From positions 65,720 through 129,719 of the forward strand of contig JBIKLL010000003.1 in the NCBI GenBank assembly GCA_044359815.1: 64,000 nucleotides of DNA, in the 5' to 3' direction. Every line of letters begins with the position of its first letter. Positions within the stretch are counted from its first letter, which is position 1. The stretch comes from Pseudobdellovibrionaceae bacterium (GTDB taxonomy: Bacteria; Bdellovibrionota; Bdellovibrionia; Bdellovibrionales; Bdellovibrionaceae). A model generated the notes under the pieces. That model did not search any database, was not told the DNA's origin, and worked only from the letters and a program-made list of their open reading frames with translations. Of the stretch, positions 49,784 to 60,000 are shown piece by piece. A program made the translations under genes and the position numbers.

Positions 49784-50388
49784 GTGATGCCGGCTCGGCC
49801 GTTGGTTTCAGAATAGCTAGTGTCTGAATTAGATGGAGTTTGCAAAAAATCATAACTGGTTTTGATCGCAAAGCTTTCGGTGATAAACATTTTGCAACCA
49901 ATCCCGTATCCAGGAGCCATACCACTGTACAGGATTTCCCAGGGATTGTTGCCGTCGTCTTGGATAACGACTTTTCTGCGAACTTGGGCCACGCCGCCTT
50001 TGATGAAGGGCTGAAATTTCGAGGTCTTTTCGGCAAACACAAAAATCAAATCAGCTCCGTAGGCATCAATGTATGAAGTCGTCGTCCTGAGCGCTGCGCC
50101 CAACAGATTGGGCTGTTTGTCCTTTTGCACGGCTAAACCAGCTGTGTAGCTAAGCTCAAGCGCAATCCGTTCCCACAGATAAAACGACACAGATGCCTGG
50201 GTGGCTTGTTGTTCAGAATTATTGAATTCATCAAAATAGTTTCTTTTGTACGAATAGTTCAGACCGATTTCTTTGTAAATCGCAAAACTGGATTGCGAAA
50301 CACCCAAAACCATAAAAACTAAAAACAAAAAACTTCCACAATGGGGTCGATTAAATAAACTAAGGTTTGTAATCAGTGATTGAATCAT
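49771..50388 (-). CDS. Small outer-membrane beta-barrel protein
   Basis: Signal peptide; FQPFIKGGV; C-terminal RAGITWAF. Confidence 0.7.
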   Translation of the reverse strand: MIQSLITNLSLFNRPHCGSFLFLVFMVLGVSQSSFAIYKEIGLNYSYKRNYFDEFNNSEQQATQASVSFYLWERIALELSYTAGLAVQKDKQPNLLGAALRTTTSYIDAYGADLIFVFAEKTSKFQPFIKGGVAQVRRKVVIQDDGNNPWEILYSGMAPGYGIGCKMFITESFAIKTSYDFLQTPSNSDTSYSETNGRAGITWAF

Positions 50389-50505
50389 TTTAAAGCCTGC
50401 AGTTGTAATATTATTTAGACTAAGTTTATTAAAAATTTTCTGTGATTGCGGACAGTTTGTTTGGGTTTCAATAAAAATATATTTCACCAAATCAGTTTAG
50501 CAGAG

Positions 50506-51477
50506 CTATTGGTTTCCCACAAAGGCCTTTGGTGTAGGATATACAGTAAAAGCGTACTGGACCTTGATCATTCCATCGGCATCTATCATTTCGGCTGGTG
50601 GATTGGGGAACATTTTTGCCATTACGAAACTTTGAGTTGCTGCTTTGTCAAAACCGTCCAGTCCTGAACTTTTCATAAGATGATGCGAATGAAATTTTCC
50701 GTCAGGCTGAATCCAAATTTCCAATACCGTTGTCCAGCGACCCCGGGTGTTGGCGCTAAACACCAATGGATTGGTTCGATCAATGGTGTTTCTGACCATG
50801 CTTTCCCAATTGTATCTGATCAATTGCTCTATGCGCGCGTAAAAAGAATAAAACAAATACCTGTCAGTATTCAGCGCCGTGAATGAACCGATCTGCATAT
50901 CCCTGGGCATTTCTTCACCCAAGGTTGAAACTCCGGATTCTGAAAACCTTCCCCGAGAGCTATCCAATAAGGTTTTTTCAAGCTCGGTGAATTTCTGAAA
51001 TTTTGTTTTAGCTTTTTTAGCATTTTTGCCAGGGATTAAGATCTGACCGTCGTCCTGCGATTCGCTGACTGACCTGTCGTCGGATTTATCAGCTGGGTTT
51101 AAATCAGACTGATCAGTTTTTTGTTCAAACTTTTTTTGCGCAGAATTTTTTGACTGATTCTGTGAACCCAACTTTGTTTGCGATTGATCTGTGTTGTTAG
51201 ATCGGTTTTGTGTCATGCCACTGTTGGCAGCCACCATTTGTTTTTTGACTGATTGAGTTTCGGCTGACAAAAACCGCAGGGGATCGTCAGATTTATTAAT
51301 TTTTTCTGAATCTGGAATCTGCGTATCCCTGACGATTCGGGGGGCTTGCTGTGCATCCAGCAAGGTGACCTCAATGTTTTGCGAGGGCTTTTTCGGTGTC
51401 GGTAAAAAAGCCGAACCCCAGCCAAACATAAAGTGGATCATTATACTCAAAGCTAAATACAGTAGTGCCCGTTCCAT
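50506..51477 (-). CDS. TonB/TolA-like energy transducer
   Basis: N-terminal TM with SIMIH, disordered linker, C-terminal KSSGLDGFDKAA...FPNPP. Confidence 0.8.
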   Translation of the reverse strand: MERALLYLALSIMIHFMFGWGSAFLPTPKKPSQNIEVTLLDAQQAPRIVRDTQIPDSEKINKSDDPLRFLSAETQSVKKQMVAANSGMTQNRSNNTDQSQTKLGSQNQSKNSAQKKFEQKTDQSDLNPADKSDDRSVSESQDDGQILIPGKNAKKAKTKFQKFTELEKTLLDSSRGRFSESGVSTLGEEMPRDMQIGSFTALNTDRYLFYSFYARIEQLIRYNWESMVRNTIDRTNPLVFSANTRGRWTTVLEIWIQPDGKFHSHHLMKSSGLDGFDKAATQSFVMAKMFPNPPAEMIDADGMIKVQYAFTVYPTPKAFVGNQ

Positions 51478-51626
51478 CGTGTCTCATATTAAGACACCCT
51501 TTTGTCCAGTTTCAATATATCTATTCACCGTCAGAAATATTTTTTGTCCTAAAGCGATACACCGAAAGATCCGATAAAATATATAACGAGCATATATTGG
51601 ATTACAGACATTATCCGGGGGGACAC

Positions 51627-52154
51627 ATGTCTAATGTGATTAATTTCTCAAATAAGAAATCGTTACAAAAGCAGCCTCAGTTACTGGAGCGCGAAACGAC
51701 TGCGCCCAGTGAACAGGGTCAGGTTGTTGATTTGAACGAAAAACGATCACAGGTCCTTAAGACCGATCGGCGTAAAGCTGAACGTGTCATGCTGTCCGAA
51801 TTCATCAGCATGCAGGTTGTGGTCCCAGGATACGGGCTATTAAAGATCTCTTTGTATGATATCCACGATAACGGACTGTCATTCGATATTGATGACAATC
51901 ATGGCAAATTTCAGGTCGGTGAAGAAGTCGCCATGCGCGTTTATCTGAACCGCGAAAGCTATTTTCCATTAGTAGTCAAAGTCAGACATGCTACCTTTAT
52001 CCCTGACGAAAATGTAAACCGCCATGGTGCCGAGTTTGTAAAGGACTCTATCAACGATGTGGCGCTTCATCACTTTGTTAAGTTTTTAGAAAACGTCAGC
52101 CGAGTGCTTCGCAACGATAAGGGCGATTTGACTCTTAACAAAATTAATTCTTAG
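51627..52154 (+). CDS. PilZ-domain protein
   Basis: RKAER plus DIHDNG motifs; start MSNVINF. Confidence 0.7.
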   Translation: MSNVINFSNKKSLQKQPQLLERETTAPSEQGQVVDLNEKRSQVLKTDRRKAERVMLSEFISMQVVVPGYGLLKISLYDIHDNGLSFDIDDNHGKFQVGEEVAMRVYLNRESYFPLVVKVRHATFIPDENVNRHGAEFVKDSINDVALHHFVKFLENVSRVLRNDKGDLTLNKINS

Positions 52155-52202
52155 TGTATTTCAGGAAAATTCAAATGAGGGATCCTTTCGGTTTGATCCG
52201 CG

Positions 52203-53681
52203 TTGCTATGCCGTAAGTTTTTTTTAATTATAATTAATGGACATCAAGGCTCTTGTAAGGTCTCATATAGGCTGCAGGAGGCAGCAGCTTTGGCAGACAA
52301 ATCAGAAAAATCAATCCCAGAAAAATCCAGTTCCGAAAAATCTCAAACCGAAAAAGGCCGCACAAACGGTCACAACAGACGCCGCAAAGTCGTATTGGAT
52401 ACGAACGTTTTGTTGTTTGATGCCTTGGCGATTTTGAAATTTCAAGACGCCGATGTGCACATACCATTATCGGTGATCGAAGAAATCGATAAATTCAAAC
52501 GTGATCCTGGCGAAAACGGCAGGAATGCCCGTCAGTTCAGTCGATTTGTCGACATGTTAAGGGCCAAAGGTTCTTTGGCGTCGGGTGTTCAGCTGGATAA
52601 CAGCGAAACCATGGTGCAGATCAATACGGATTTTACAGCTGCTGGATTACCGCCAGAGCTTATTAACGACAACGCCGATCACAGGATTTTGGCGACAGCG
52701 ATCACATTGCAAAAACACAATCCGCGGGCCAAGGTCGAATTGATTTCCAAGGACATCAATCTGCGAATCAAGGCCGACGTGTTGGGTGTGCCAGCTAGGG
52801 ATTTTGAACCTGATGGATCCAGCCAGGATAATTTGTATGAAGGCTACCAAGAGCTAGAACTGAATCCCAATGACATCGATGCTTTTTATAAAAACAAACG
52901 CATCGAAGTTGACATGAAATTAATGGCCAATCAGTACGTGATCATGAAGGACAAGAGCAATCCCAATCATTCTGCGATCGGCAGATACAGCCAAAACGAT
53001 AAGGCCGTTGTGCCCTTGGCCCACGGTGCAGAACCCATTTGGGGGATCACTCCACGCAATGTTGAACAATCATTTGCGATGGATTGTTTGTTGAATGATG
53101 AAATTTTAATGGTGTCTTTGGTTGGTAAGGCCGGTACGGGTAAAACCTTGTTGGCCATCGCGGCTGGTTTGCACAAAACATTGGACGAGGGTAGGTTTCA
53201 ACGATTGCTGGTTAGCAGACCGATCTTTCCGATGGGTAGGGACATTGGGTATTTGCCAGGCGACATCGAGCAAAAACTAAATCCTTGGATGCAGCCGATT
53301 TTTGATAACGTAGAGTTTTTGATGGGTGCTGATAAAAAGGCCGCAGGTCGTGCGCAAGAATTAATTAATCAAGGGATGCTTAATATCGAACCGCTGACTT
53401 ATATCCGTGGTCGCAGTATCCCCAAGCAATATTTGATTGTGGACGAGGCTCAGAATCTGACTCCGCATGAAATTAAAACCATCATTACCCGTGCGGGTCG
53501 TGGGACAAAGGTTATCCTGACAGGGGATATTTATCAGATCGATAATCCCTATGTGGATTCGGCAAACAGCGGACTGACCTATGCGGTTGAACGCTTTAAA
53601 GGGCATCCGATTGCAGCGCACATTACGATGACCAAGGGTGAGCGATCAGAGCTTGCTGAGATGGCGGCGAATCTTTTATAA
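52203..53681 (+). CDS. PhoH2-type PIN + PhoH ATPase
   Basis: VLDTNVLL (PIN), SKDINLRIKA, GKAGTGKT, YIRGRS, DEAQN; start uncertain. Confidence 0.9.
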   Translation: MLCRKFFLIIINGHQGSCKVSYRLQEAAALADKSEKSIPEKSSSEKSQTEKGRTNGHNRRRKVVLDTNVLLFDALAILKFQDADVHIPLSVIEEIDKFKRDPGENGRNARQFSRFVDMLRAKGSLASGVQLDNSETMVQINTDFTAAGLPPELINDNADHRILATAITLQKHNPRAKVELISKDINLRIKADVLGVPARDFEPDGSSQDNLYEGYQELELNPNDIDAFYKNKRIEVDMKLMANQYVIMKDKSNPNHSAIGRYSQNDKAVVPLAHGAEPIWGITPRNVEQSFAMDCLLNDEILMVSLVGKAGTGKTLLAIAAGLHKTLDEGRFQRLLVSRPIFPMGRDIGYLPGDIEQKLNPWMQPIFDNVEFLMGADKKAAGRAQELINQGMLNIEPLTYIRGRSIPKQYLIVDEAQNLTPHEIKTIITRAGRGTKVILTGDIYQIDNPYVDSANSGLTYAVERFKGHPIAAHITMTKGERSELAEMAANLL

Positions 53682-53710
53682 ATGGTTATTGTAGCTATTG
53701 ATACGATGGA

Positions 53711-54121
53711 GTGAATAATATGGGATGGAAAGTTAACGACGAAATTACCGAGACGATTTTGGTGGACGAAGCAATGGTCAAAAAATTTGCCGAAGTTTCG
53801 GGGGATTTTAACGCCATTCACATGGACGAAGAGTACGCCAAAAAAACCAGATTCGGTCGCAGGATTGCTCATGGGATGATTTCTGGTGCGATGATTTCGC
53901 GGGTGTTGGCAACCAAGCTTGGCCCTGGTGGGATTTATCTGGCACAGAGTATGAAATTTATGGCGCCTGTTTTTATTGGTGATTCGATCACTGTAAAATT
54001 GCGAGTCAAGCACATCAAAGAAGACAAGGGCATCGCCACTGTCGAATCAAATGTCTTTAATCAAAAGGGCGAAATAGTTGTCAAAGGCGAATCCATGATC
54101 ATGGCCGCCGACAAACTGTAA
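53711..54121 (+). CDS. MaoC-family (R)-hydratase
   Basis: FAEVSGDFNAIH, RIAHGM, PVFIGD. Confidence 0.9.
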   Translation: MNNMGWKVNDEITETILVDEAMVKKFAEVSGDFNAIHMDEEYAKKTRFGRRIAHGMISGAMISRVLATKLGPGGIYLAQSMKFMAPVFIGDSITVKLRVKHIKEDKGIATVESNVFNQKGEIVVKGESMIMAADKL

Positions 54122-54127
54122 CCCACG

Positions 54128-54159
54128 AAAAGAGACCGTACGACTTTTTCTGTCTACAG
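54128..54159 (+). repeat. REP-A repeat, single copy
   Basis: aaaagagaccgtacgactttttctgtctacag. Confidence 0.9.
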
Positions 54160-54230
54160 TGCGAAATTTTTTGTTGTGAAATTTTTTGCTATTGAAACAC
54201 GGTCTCTGTTTTTAGTCGCGATTTGTTTGC

Positions 54231-54260
54231 CGCAGCTGCTTACCGCCACCGTGGCGGTAG
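54231..54260 (+). repeat. REP-B palindromic repeat, copy 3
   Basis: cgcagctgcttaccgccaccgtggcggtag. Confidence 0.8.
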
Positions 54261-54316
54261 AGAGTTTTAGATGGCCCTAATAACAGCAGACAAGTGGGCA
54301 AATTGGAAGAGAGATC

Positions 54317-55012
54317 TTGAAAATAAAAATGAATGATTTTTTTAAAAACAAACAGGTTTTAAATGTTTCCAGAAATCTGACGATTGTGGCTTTGAATAAT
54401 ATTATCTTAAAAATTATTCTGCCGGGGTCGTTGTTTGTTTTTGCTGAAAGTTTTGAATCCAAAGGCTTGGGATTATTTAATCTGGTCAAAATAAACTGGG
54501 TGATCGAGTTTTTGCTGAGCTTTCTGCTGATGGATTTTATCATGTACGTCTGGCATTTGATTAATCACAAGAATTCATTTTTTTGGACATTTCACAGGGC
54601 TCACCATACCGATGATGTGTTTGATCCGACGACGGCATTTCGGTTTCATGTAATTGAGCTGATGCTGTCGTTTGGTTATAAGCTGTCGCTGATTGCAATT
54701 TTTGGGATATCCAAGGATTGCTTGTTGATTTACGAAACTGTGTTTTTGGTTTTTAATCTGAACGCCCACTGCAGGTATGTATTACCCGAGAGGGTTCAAA
54801 TTATTCTGGAAAAACTAATGATCACATCACGCTTGCATCTGGTTCATCATTCAGTCCAGATTACTGAACGAAACAAAAATTTCGGAACCGTGTTGGTTAT
54901 TTGGGACAGGGTTTTTAATACTTTTTTGCCCTTAAAAATCGACAAGCATTTTCCCACCGGAATCACTGGGCGTCCCAACACATTAAAATCATTTTTGTTT
55001 GCGCTAAATTGA
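54317..55012 (+). CDS. Sterol desaturase / fatty acid hydroxylase family
   Basis: HLINH, HRAHH, RFH, HLVHH, NFG...WDRVFNT. Confidence 0.82.
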   Translation: MKIKMNDFFKNKQVLNVSRNLTIVALNNIILKIILPGSLFVFAESFESKGLGLFNLVKINWVIEFLLSFLLMDFIMYVWHLINHKNSFFWTFHRAHHTDDVFDPTTAFRFHVIELMLSFGYKLSLIAIFGISKDCLLIYETVFLVFNLNAHCRYVLPERVQIILEKLMITSRLHLVHHSVQITERNKNFGTVLVIWDRVFNTFLPLKIDKHFPTGITGRPNTLKSFLFALN

Positions 55013-55202
55013 TCTGGGATATCAGATTCCGAATTAGATTCCCAGGCGAACTAGGTCAATTATAAAGCCATTGCCGTTCCAACGCTGTAAAAGTTTTGAT
55101 CACAAATGGCGGAAAGTGACGAATAATGCCTGTCGATAAATATTTGTATTTCTGATAGATTGGCTCTCGGAACACCACTGTTATTTAATCACGGAGGCTA
55201 CT

Positions 55203-56435
55203 GTGACCAAATGGTTATCCATTATTGGGCTCTCTGTGGGGGTATCGTCAGCAGCAAATGCGGCTGATGATTTTGATAGAGAATTTATTGGGGAAAATAA
55301 GTCTGAAATCACTCTGTATAAGGGCGGAACCTTATCGGGTGGACCTATGCAGGGAAAACCTGCTTTGATCGCTACCTTGAAAGTCCCAGCTGGCTCACTG
55401 ATTTCAATGAGCACAGCTGTTTTGTCTTATTCAATCGAACTGCAAAAACATAATCCCAACGACGCTAATTTTTTAACCGCTATTTCAGAAACAGATTCTA
55501 ATCCCAAGATTTCTAAAAATGGATTTATTTGCAACGTGGGTATTTTGGACGTTAACAGCGAAGACGTTGATGAAGCCGATCTGCAAAAATTCTATCAAGC
55601 ATCTAATATGTGTCTGAGCCTGAAGGATTTAAAAGCCCTCAGTGTGCCCATGGGTAATGGCGATGCCACGGCCAAGGCCTTTTTGGCATACAGTAAAGAC
55701 AACGACACAATCCCATTGCTGGAGCTTACGCAAACATTAGAGGTCACTCCAGAAGCCGATGAAGAAGACGCAGAATTTGAACCCACTGCCGATGAAGTAG
55801 CGCAATCAGAAGGCGAAATTTTCGAAGTCGGATTTGCCAGACGCAGATTGATGAGTCCCATTAAAAATTGCGATTTAAAATGCCTAGAATTCACCAGTCC
55901 CTTTGGTAAACGTGACCGCCGTATCGGTATGTCGTCGTTTCACTGGGGTGTGGATTTACGTACTAAAGATCCCGCGACTGGTCAGATTGCTGTGAATCAG
56001 CCAGTTGTGTCCGTACTTAAAGGCCGGATCATGAAACGTGATGTTCAGGTACGCAGAAGCGGTCGATATGTCGGCGCTGGTAAATACGTCGTTGTCAGAC
56101 ACCGTAAAGCCGGTATGGCAACAAAGTATTTCCATCTGAATGGATTTTCTGGATCATATACGCCAGGTGCAGTTGATGCCCGAGTCGACAAAGGTCAATT
56201 GATTGGTTTTTCAGGAAACACAGGCGGTAAAAAGGGCACAGTGCCACCGCATTTGCATTTTGAAACGCTGATCAGAAGTCGTGACGGAAACTATTCACAC
56301 CGTGATCCAGTGGATTTTTTGGGTAAAATTAAAAAAGCCAGATCAATTGCTTTTTCAACAATCGAAAGAGTGTTTCAGCAATTTTTCTTGGCATCAGCTG
56401 ATAACGGATCAAAAAAATCAACCCACGTTTTATAA
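55203..56435 (+). CDS. Secreted M23 metallopeptidase
   Basis: Signal peptide; TSPFGKR, HWGVD, YFHL, SGNTG, PHLHFE. Confidence 0.88.
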   Translation: MTKWLSIIGLSVGVSSAANAADDFDREFIGENKSEITLYKGGTLSGGPMQGKPALIATLKVPAGSLISMSTAVLSYSIELQKHNPNDANFLTAISETDSNPKISKNGFICNVGILDVNSEDVDEADLQKFYQASNMCLSLKDLKALSVPMGNGDATAKAFLAYSKDNDTIPLLELTQTLEVTPEADEEDAEFEPTADEVAQSEGEIFEVGFARRRLMSPIKNCDLKCLEFTSPFGKRDRRIGMSSFHWGVDLRTKDPATGQIAVNQPVVSVLKGRIMKRDVQVRRSGRYVGAGKYVVVRHRKAGMATKYFHLNGFSGSYTPGAVDARVDKGQLIGFSGNTGGKKGTVPPHLHFETLIRSRDGNYSHRDPVDFLGKIKKARSIAFSTIERVFQQFFLASADNGSKKSTHVL

Positions 56436-57079
56436 AAAATATTTTTAAGTTCGGATAAATCGACCGGCCGTTGTAATTGATCCTGCATGCTGGTCATTAT
56501 GTTTGGCGAATAGCCACAAGGGTTAATACCAACAAAAGCCTCTGGATCAGCATGAACATTGATGGCAATGCCGTGATAGCTGATCCAGCTTTTTACGGCG
56601 ATGCCAATGGATGCGATTTTTTTGTCATTGATCCAAACGCCGGTTTGGTTTTCATCATTCGCGACTGATTGTGATTTATTGCTGCAATCCAGGTTGTAAT
56701 TTTTAAGTGTAGCCATGATCACAGATTCCAAAAATCTGAGGTATTTGTGCAAATCAGAATTAAAATATTTTTTCAGATCAATAATCGGATAAATCACTAA
56801 TTGATTGGGCCCATGATAGGTCGCTCGACCGCCGCGTGAAACCTCGACGATTTTTCCTGACCAATTGATGATGTCTTGTTTTTGAGTCGCCCGGCCTGTG
56901 GTCACGACGCGGGGGTGGCTGCAAAAAATCAAAGTGTTCGTTGTAAACTGAGTCAATGTCGATAGCTGGATTTCCAGAGCCTTTTCGTAATCGATCAATC
57001 CCAAATCATTCACTGCTGGTGCCTGCGCATGGGCTAGCTGAATAGTTTTGTGTTTAGAATTAATTTCTGAATCCATCAT
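56375..57079 (-). CDS. lipB: Lipoyl(octanoyl) transferase
   Basis: HPRVVTTG, RGGRATYHGPNQLVIYP, KIASIG, HGIAIN, INPCG. Confidence 0.93.
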   Translation of the reverse strand: MMDSEINSKHKTIQLAHAQAPAVNDLGLIDYEKALEIQLSTLTQFTTNTLIFCSHPRVVTTGRATQKQDIINWSGKIVEVSRGGRATYHGPNQLVIYPIIDLKKYFNSDLHKYLRFLESVIMATLKNYNLDCSNKSQSVANDENQTGVWINDKKIASIGIAVKSWISYHGIAINVHADPEAFVGINPCGYSPNIMTSMQDQLQRPVDLSELKNIFYKTWVDFFDPLSADAKKNC

Positions 57080-57087
57080 TTCTCCCG

Positions 57088-57206
57088 AAAAGAGACCGTA
57101 CGACTTTTTCTGTCTACAGCGCAAAAAACAAAAAGAGAAGACCTGTCAGTCAATTTCTACCAAATTTTTTCGCGCTGTAGACAGAAAAAGTCGTACGGTC
57201 TCTTTT
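57088..57206. repeat. Inverted REP-A pair (REPIN-like) between lpdA and lipB
   Basis: REP-A at 57088-57119 and inverted at 57175-57206. Confidence 0.9.
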
Positions 57207-58639
57207 TAGGGTTGGGCTTCTTTGGTGCGGGTCAGGGGCTTTTGGATGATGTGGATGGCGTGGCCCAATGTGGCCTCGGCAGCTTCCATCATTGTTTCGC
57301 CCAGTGTTGGATGAGGATGGATGGTCAATGCCACGTCCTCAAGCCTTGCACCCATTTCGATGGCCAATGCCGCTTCAGAAATTAAATTTGAAGCTTCAGG
57401 CCCAACGATATGAACACCTAACAAAATATGAGTTTTTGCATCAGCGATCATTTTAACAAAACCATCGGTCTCGATCATCGACACCGCACGGCCGTTAGCC
57501 GCAAACGGAAATTTCGCAATTTTTAAATCAGTAAATCCCTTGGCGCGAGCTTCTGATTCCATCAGTCCAGCGCTGGCAATTTCGGGATCAGTAAACACCA
57601 CAGCCGGAACTGTCTTGGCATCGTACACACGGTTTTTACCAGAAATTATTTCTGCTACCATGACACCTTCGTGTGAAGCTTTGTGTGCCAGCATCGGCTG
57701 ACCGGCGATATCGCCAATGGCAAAAATATTTGTCAGATTTGTTTTTCTTTGGGCGTTTACTTTTACAAATCCCTTATCATCAAACTGAATGCCAATGCCC
57801 TTTAGGTTTGCCTGATCGCTGTTGGGTTTTCTGCCCACCATTACCAGGATTTTATCGCATTCGATTTTTTCTTCTTTGCCATTGTTGTCAATGGTTAGCT
57901 CGTAACCTTTGCCAATGGATTTTTGTGATTTGGCTTTTGCATTGGTTAAAATCTTGACCCCAAGCTTAGTCATTTTGCGCGAAACAACCTGAGCGCAATC
58001 TGGATCCACGACTTGATTTAATACCGATCCCGTCGCTTCAACCACTGTGACCTCGGTCCCAAGTTTGGCTAAATACCCACCGATTTCCAGGCCGATGTAA
58101 CCACCACCGATCACGACGACTTTTTTAGGAAGCTCGTCCATAGCCAGCGCACCTGTCGAGCTTAAAATACCTTTTTCATCAAATGCAAATCCCGGGATTT
58201 CTATCGGTCGTGATCCCGTGGCGATGATAAAGTTTTTTGCTGAATAAGTATTGGCCCCTGATTTTTCTTTCACAACAATTTCAGTGGCTGATTTGAATTC
58301 GGCATTGCCACTGATCACGGTCACGCCGTTGCCTTTTAATAACTGATTCACACCGCCTGACATTTTGTCGCTCACACTTTGCTTCCATGTGACCAGCTTT
58401 TTCATGTCCAGATCAATGCCTTTGATCGTAAAGCCCATATGAGGGGCTTCATTTTTTGCTCGGTAAAAAAAATGTGATGCTGTGATCATGGCTTTAGAGG
58501 GTATACATCCCACGTTCAGACAAACACCACCCAGAGCTTCGCGCTCGACAATGGCAGTTTTTAATCCCAATTGACCACATCTGATTGCAGCCACATACCC
58601 ACCAGGGCCAGATCCCACAACAATCACATCAAATTTCAT
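57206..58639 (-). CDS. lpdA: Dihydrolipoyl dehydrogenase (E3)
   Basis: GSGPGGY, GGVCLNVGCIPSK, GGGYIG, HPHPTLGE. Confidence 0.96.
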   Translation of the reverse strand: MKFDVIVVGSGPGGYVAAIRCGQLGLKTAIVEREALGGVCLNVGCIPSKAMITASHFFYRAKNEAPHMGFTIKGIDLDMKKLVTWKQSVSDKMSGGVNQLLKGNGVTVISGNAEFKSATEIVVKEKSGANTYSAKNFIIATGSRPIEIPGFAFDEKGILSSTGALAMDELPKKVVVIGGGYIGLEIGGYLAKLGTEVTVVEATGSVLNQVVDPDCAQVVSRKMTKLGVKILTNAKAKSQKSIGKGYELTIDNNGKEEKIECDKILVMVGRKPNSDQANLKGIGIQFDDKGFVKVNAQRKTNLTNIFAIGDIAGQPMLAHKASHEGVMVAEIISGKNRVYDAKTVPAVVFTDPEIASAGLMESEARAKGFTDLKIAKFPFAANGRAVSMIETDGFVKMIADAKTHILLGVHIVGPEASNLISEAALAIEMGARLEDVALTIHPHPTLGETMMEAAEATLGHAIHIIQKPLTRTKEAQP

Positions 58640-60000
58640 ATCATCTCCATCATTAACATTCCGGGTTTTTCAAGCTTACTGATAAATGCTTTCAGAAAAT
58701 TCGCAGCCACTGCTCCATCGATCAAACGATGATCCGCTGTGATCGTAAAATTCATAAATTTTTGCGACGTTACCTTGCCATCTGCTGACAGAGACAATTT
58801 ATCTTGGATCTTGTACATCCCAAATATCGCAACCTCGGGGTGATTGATAATCGGCGTGGCATAAGTTCCACCCACAGAACCAATGTTTGTCACTGTCACT
58901 GTGGCGCCTTTCATTTCTTCAAGCTTAAGCTTTCCATCACGAGCTCGTTTTGCCAGATCCAAAATTTCACGGCTGATGTCCACAACGGTTTTGCGATCAG
59001 CGTCTTTGATCACAGGAACCATCAAGCCATTAGGTGTGTCGGCAGCAAATCCAATATTAAAATAATTTTTATAAACAATTTCAGAGGCCGCATCGTCAAT
59101 GGACGCATTCACCATCGGGAACTGTTTGCAGGTTGCAATCAGTGCCTTCATCACAAAGGGCAAATAGGTGATTTTTGTCTGATGTTTTTCTGCGTAATCT
59201 TTCAGTGAATCCCTCAGCGACACAAGCTCTGTCACATTGGCTTCATCCATCAATGTAAAGTGCGGGATAATGTGTTTTGACATCTGCATGTTTTCAGCAA
59301 TTTTTTTGCGAACTCCACGCATCGGAATGCGCTCTTCAAGCTCTGCAGACAGTCTGGGCAATGCCGGCGCACTGACTGGTGATCGCATAGTAGCAGGAGT
59401 GTAAGTATCCAACCCCGAACCCGATCCGCCCTTGGCCATGACGTCTTCTTGGGTCACCCGGCCTGCCAGACCCGAGCCCTTTAATTGATTGATGTCCACG
59501 TTCATTTCGCGAGCCATTCTGCGAGTCGCGGGTGTGGCTAAAACTTTTGAATCAGCAACTGGCGGATAATAACCTTGGCCCATGGCTGCGGCACCCACGT
59601 TTGTGTGAAAGCTGCCACCATTAGTTTCAGCTACAGGGCGAGCGCTGGCTCCCGCTGGAGTTGTTTTGCCATTGGGTTTTGCAGCTTGTGCAGCAGGTTG
59701 GGGTGCTGGTTTAGAAGCTTGATGATTGCTGGGGGCTGAAGGTTGTGCGCCTGTTTGTGCGCCAGCTCCGTCTAAAATCAACATCACGCTTTCGACCTTG
59801 ATCACATCACCAGCTTTAAATTTCAGTTCTTTCACTGTGCCGCTAACGGGGCTTGGAACTTCAACAGTGGCCTTATCAGTCATCAGCTCGGCAATGGGTT
59901 GATCTGGTTTTACTGTGTCACCAACTTTGACTAAATATTTTATCAGTTCACCTTCGGTGACTCCTTCACCCAGTTCCGGAAGCTTAACCTCTGTTGCCAT
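58636..60000 (-). CDS. 2-oxo-acid dehydrogenase E2 (dihydrolipoamide acyltransferase)
   Basis: Lipoyl domain MTDKATVEVPSP, E3-binding ATPATRRMA, DHRLIDG; start MATEVKLPE with AGGAG SD. Confidence 0.93.
   Translation of the reverse strand: MATEVKLPELGEGVTEGELIKYLVKVGDTVKPDQPIAELMTDKATVEVPSPVSGTVKELKFKAGDVIKVESVMLILDGAGAQTGAQPSAPSNHQASKPAPQPAAQAAKPNGKTTPAGASARPVAETNGGSFHTNVGAAAMGQGYYPPVADSKVLATPATRRMAREMNVDINQLKGSGLAGRVTQEDVMAKGGSGSGLDTYTPATMRSPVSAPALPRLSAELEERIPMRGVRKKIAENMQMSKHIIPHFTLMDEANVTELVSLRDSLKDYAEKHQTKITYLPFVMKALIATCKQFPMVNASIDDAASEIVYKNYFNIGFAADTPNGLMVPVIKDADRKTVVDISREILDLAKRARDGKLKLEEMKGATVTVTNIGSVGGTYATPIINHPEVAIFGMYKIQDKLSLSADGKVTSQKFMNFTITADHRLIDGAVAANFLKAFISKLEKPGMLMMEMI

Noticed and set aside
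52203..53681. PIN domain as a type II toxin-antitoxin toxin
   Set aside because: It is fused to PhoH (widespread PhoH2 architecture), with no antitoxin-like gene upstream.
33360..57206. 31-32 bp repeats as a CRISPR array
   Set aside because: Copies are dispersed or inverted, not direct repeats with regular unique spacers; no cas genes in the window.
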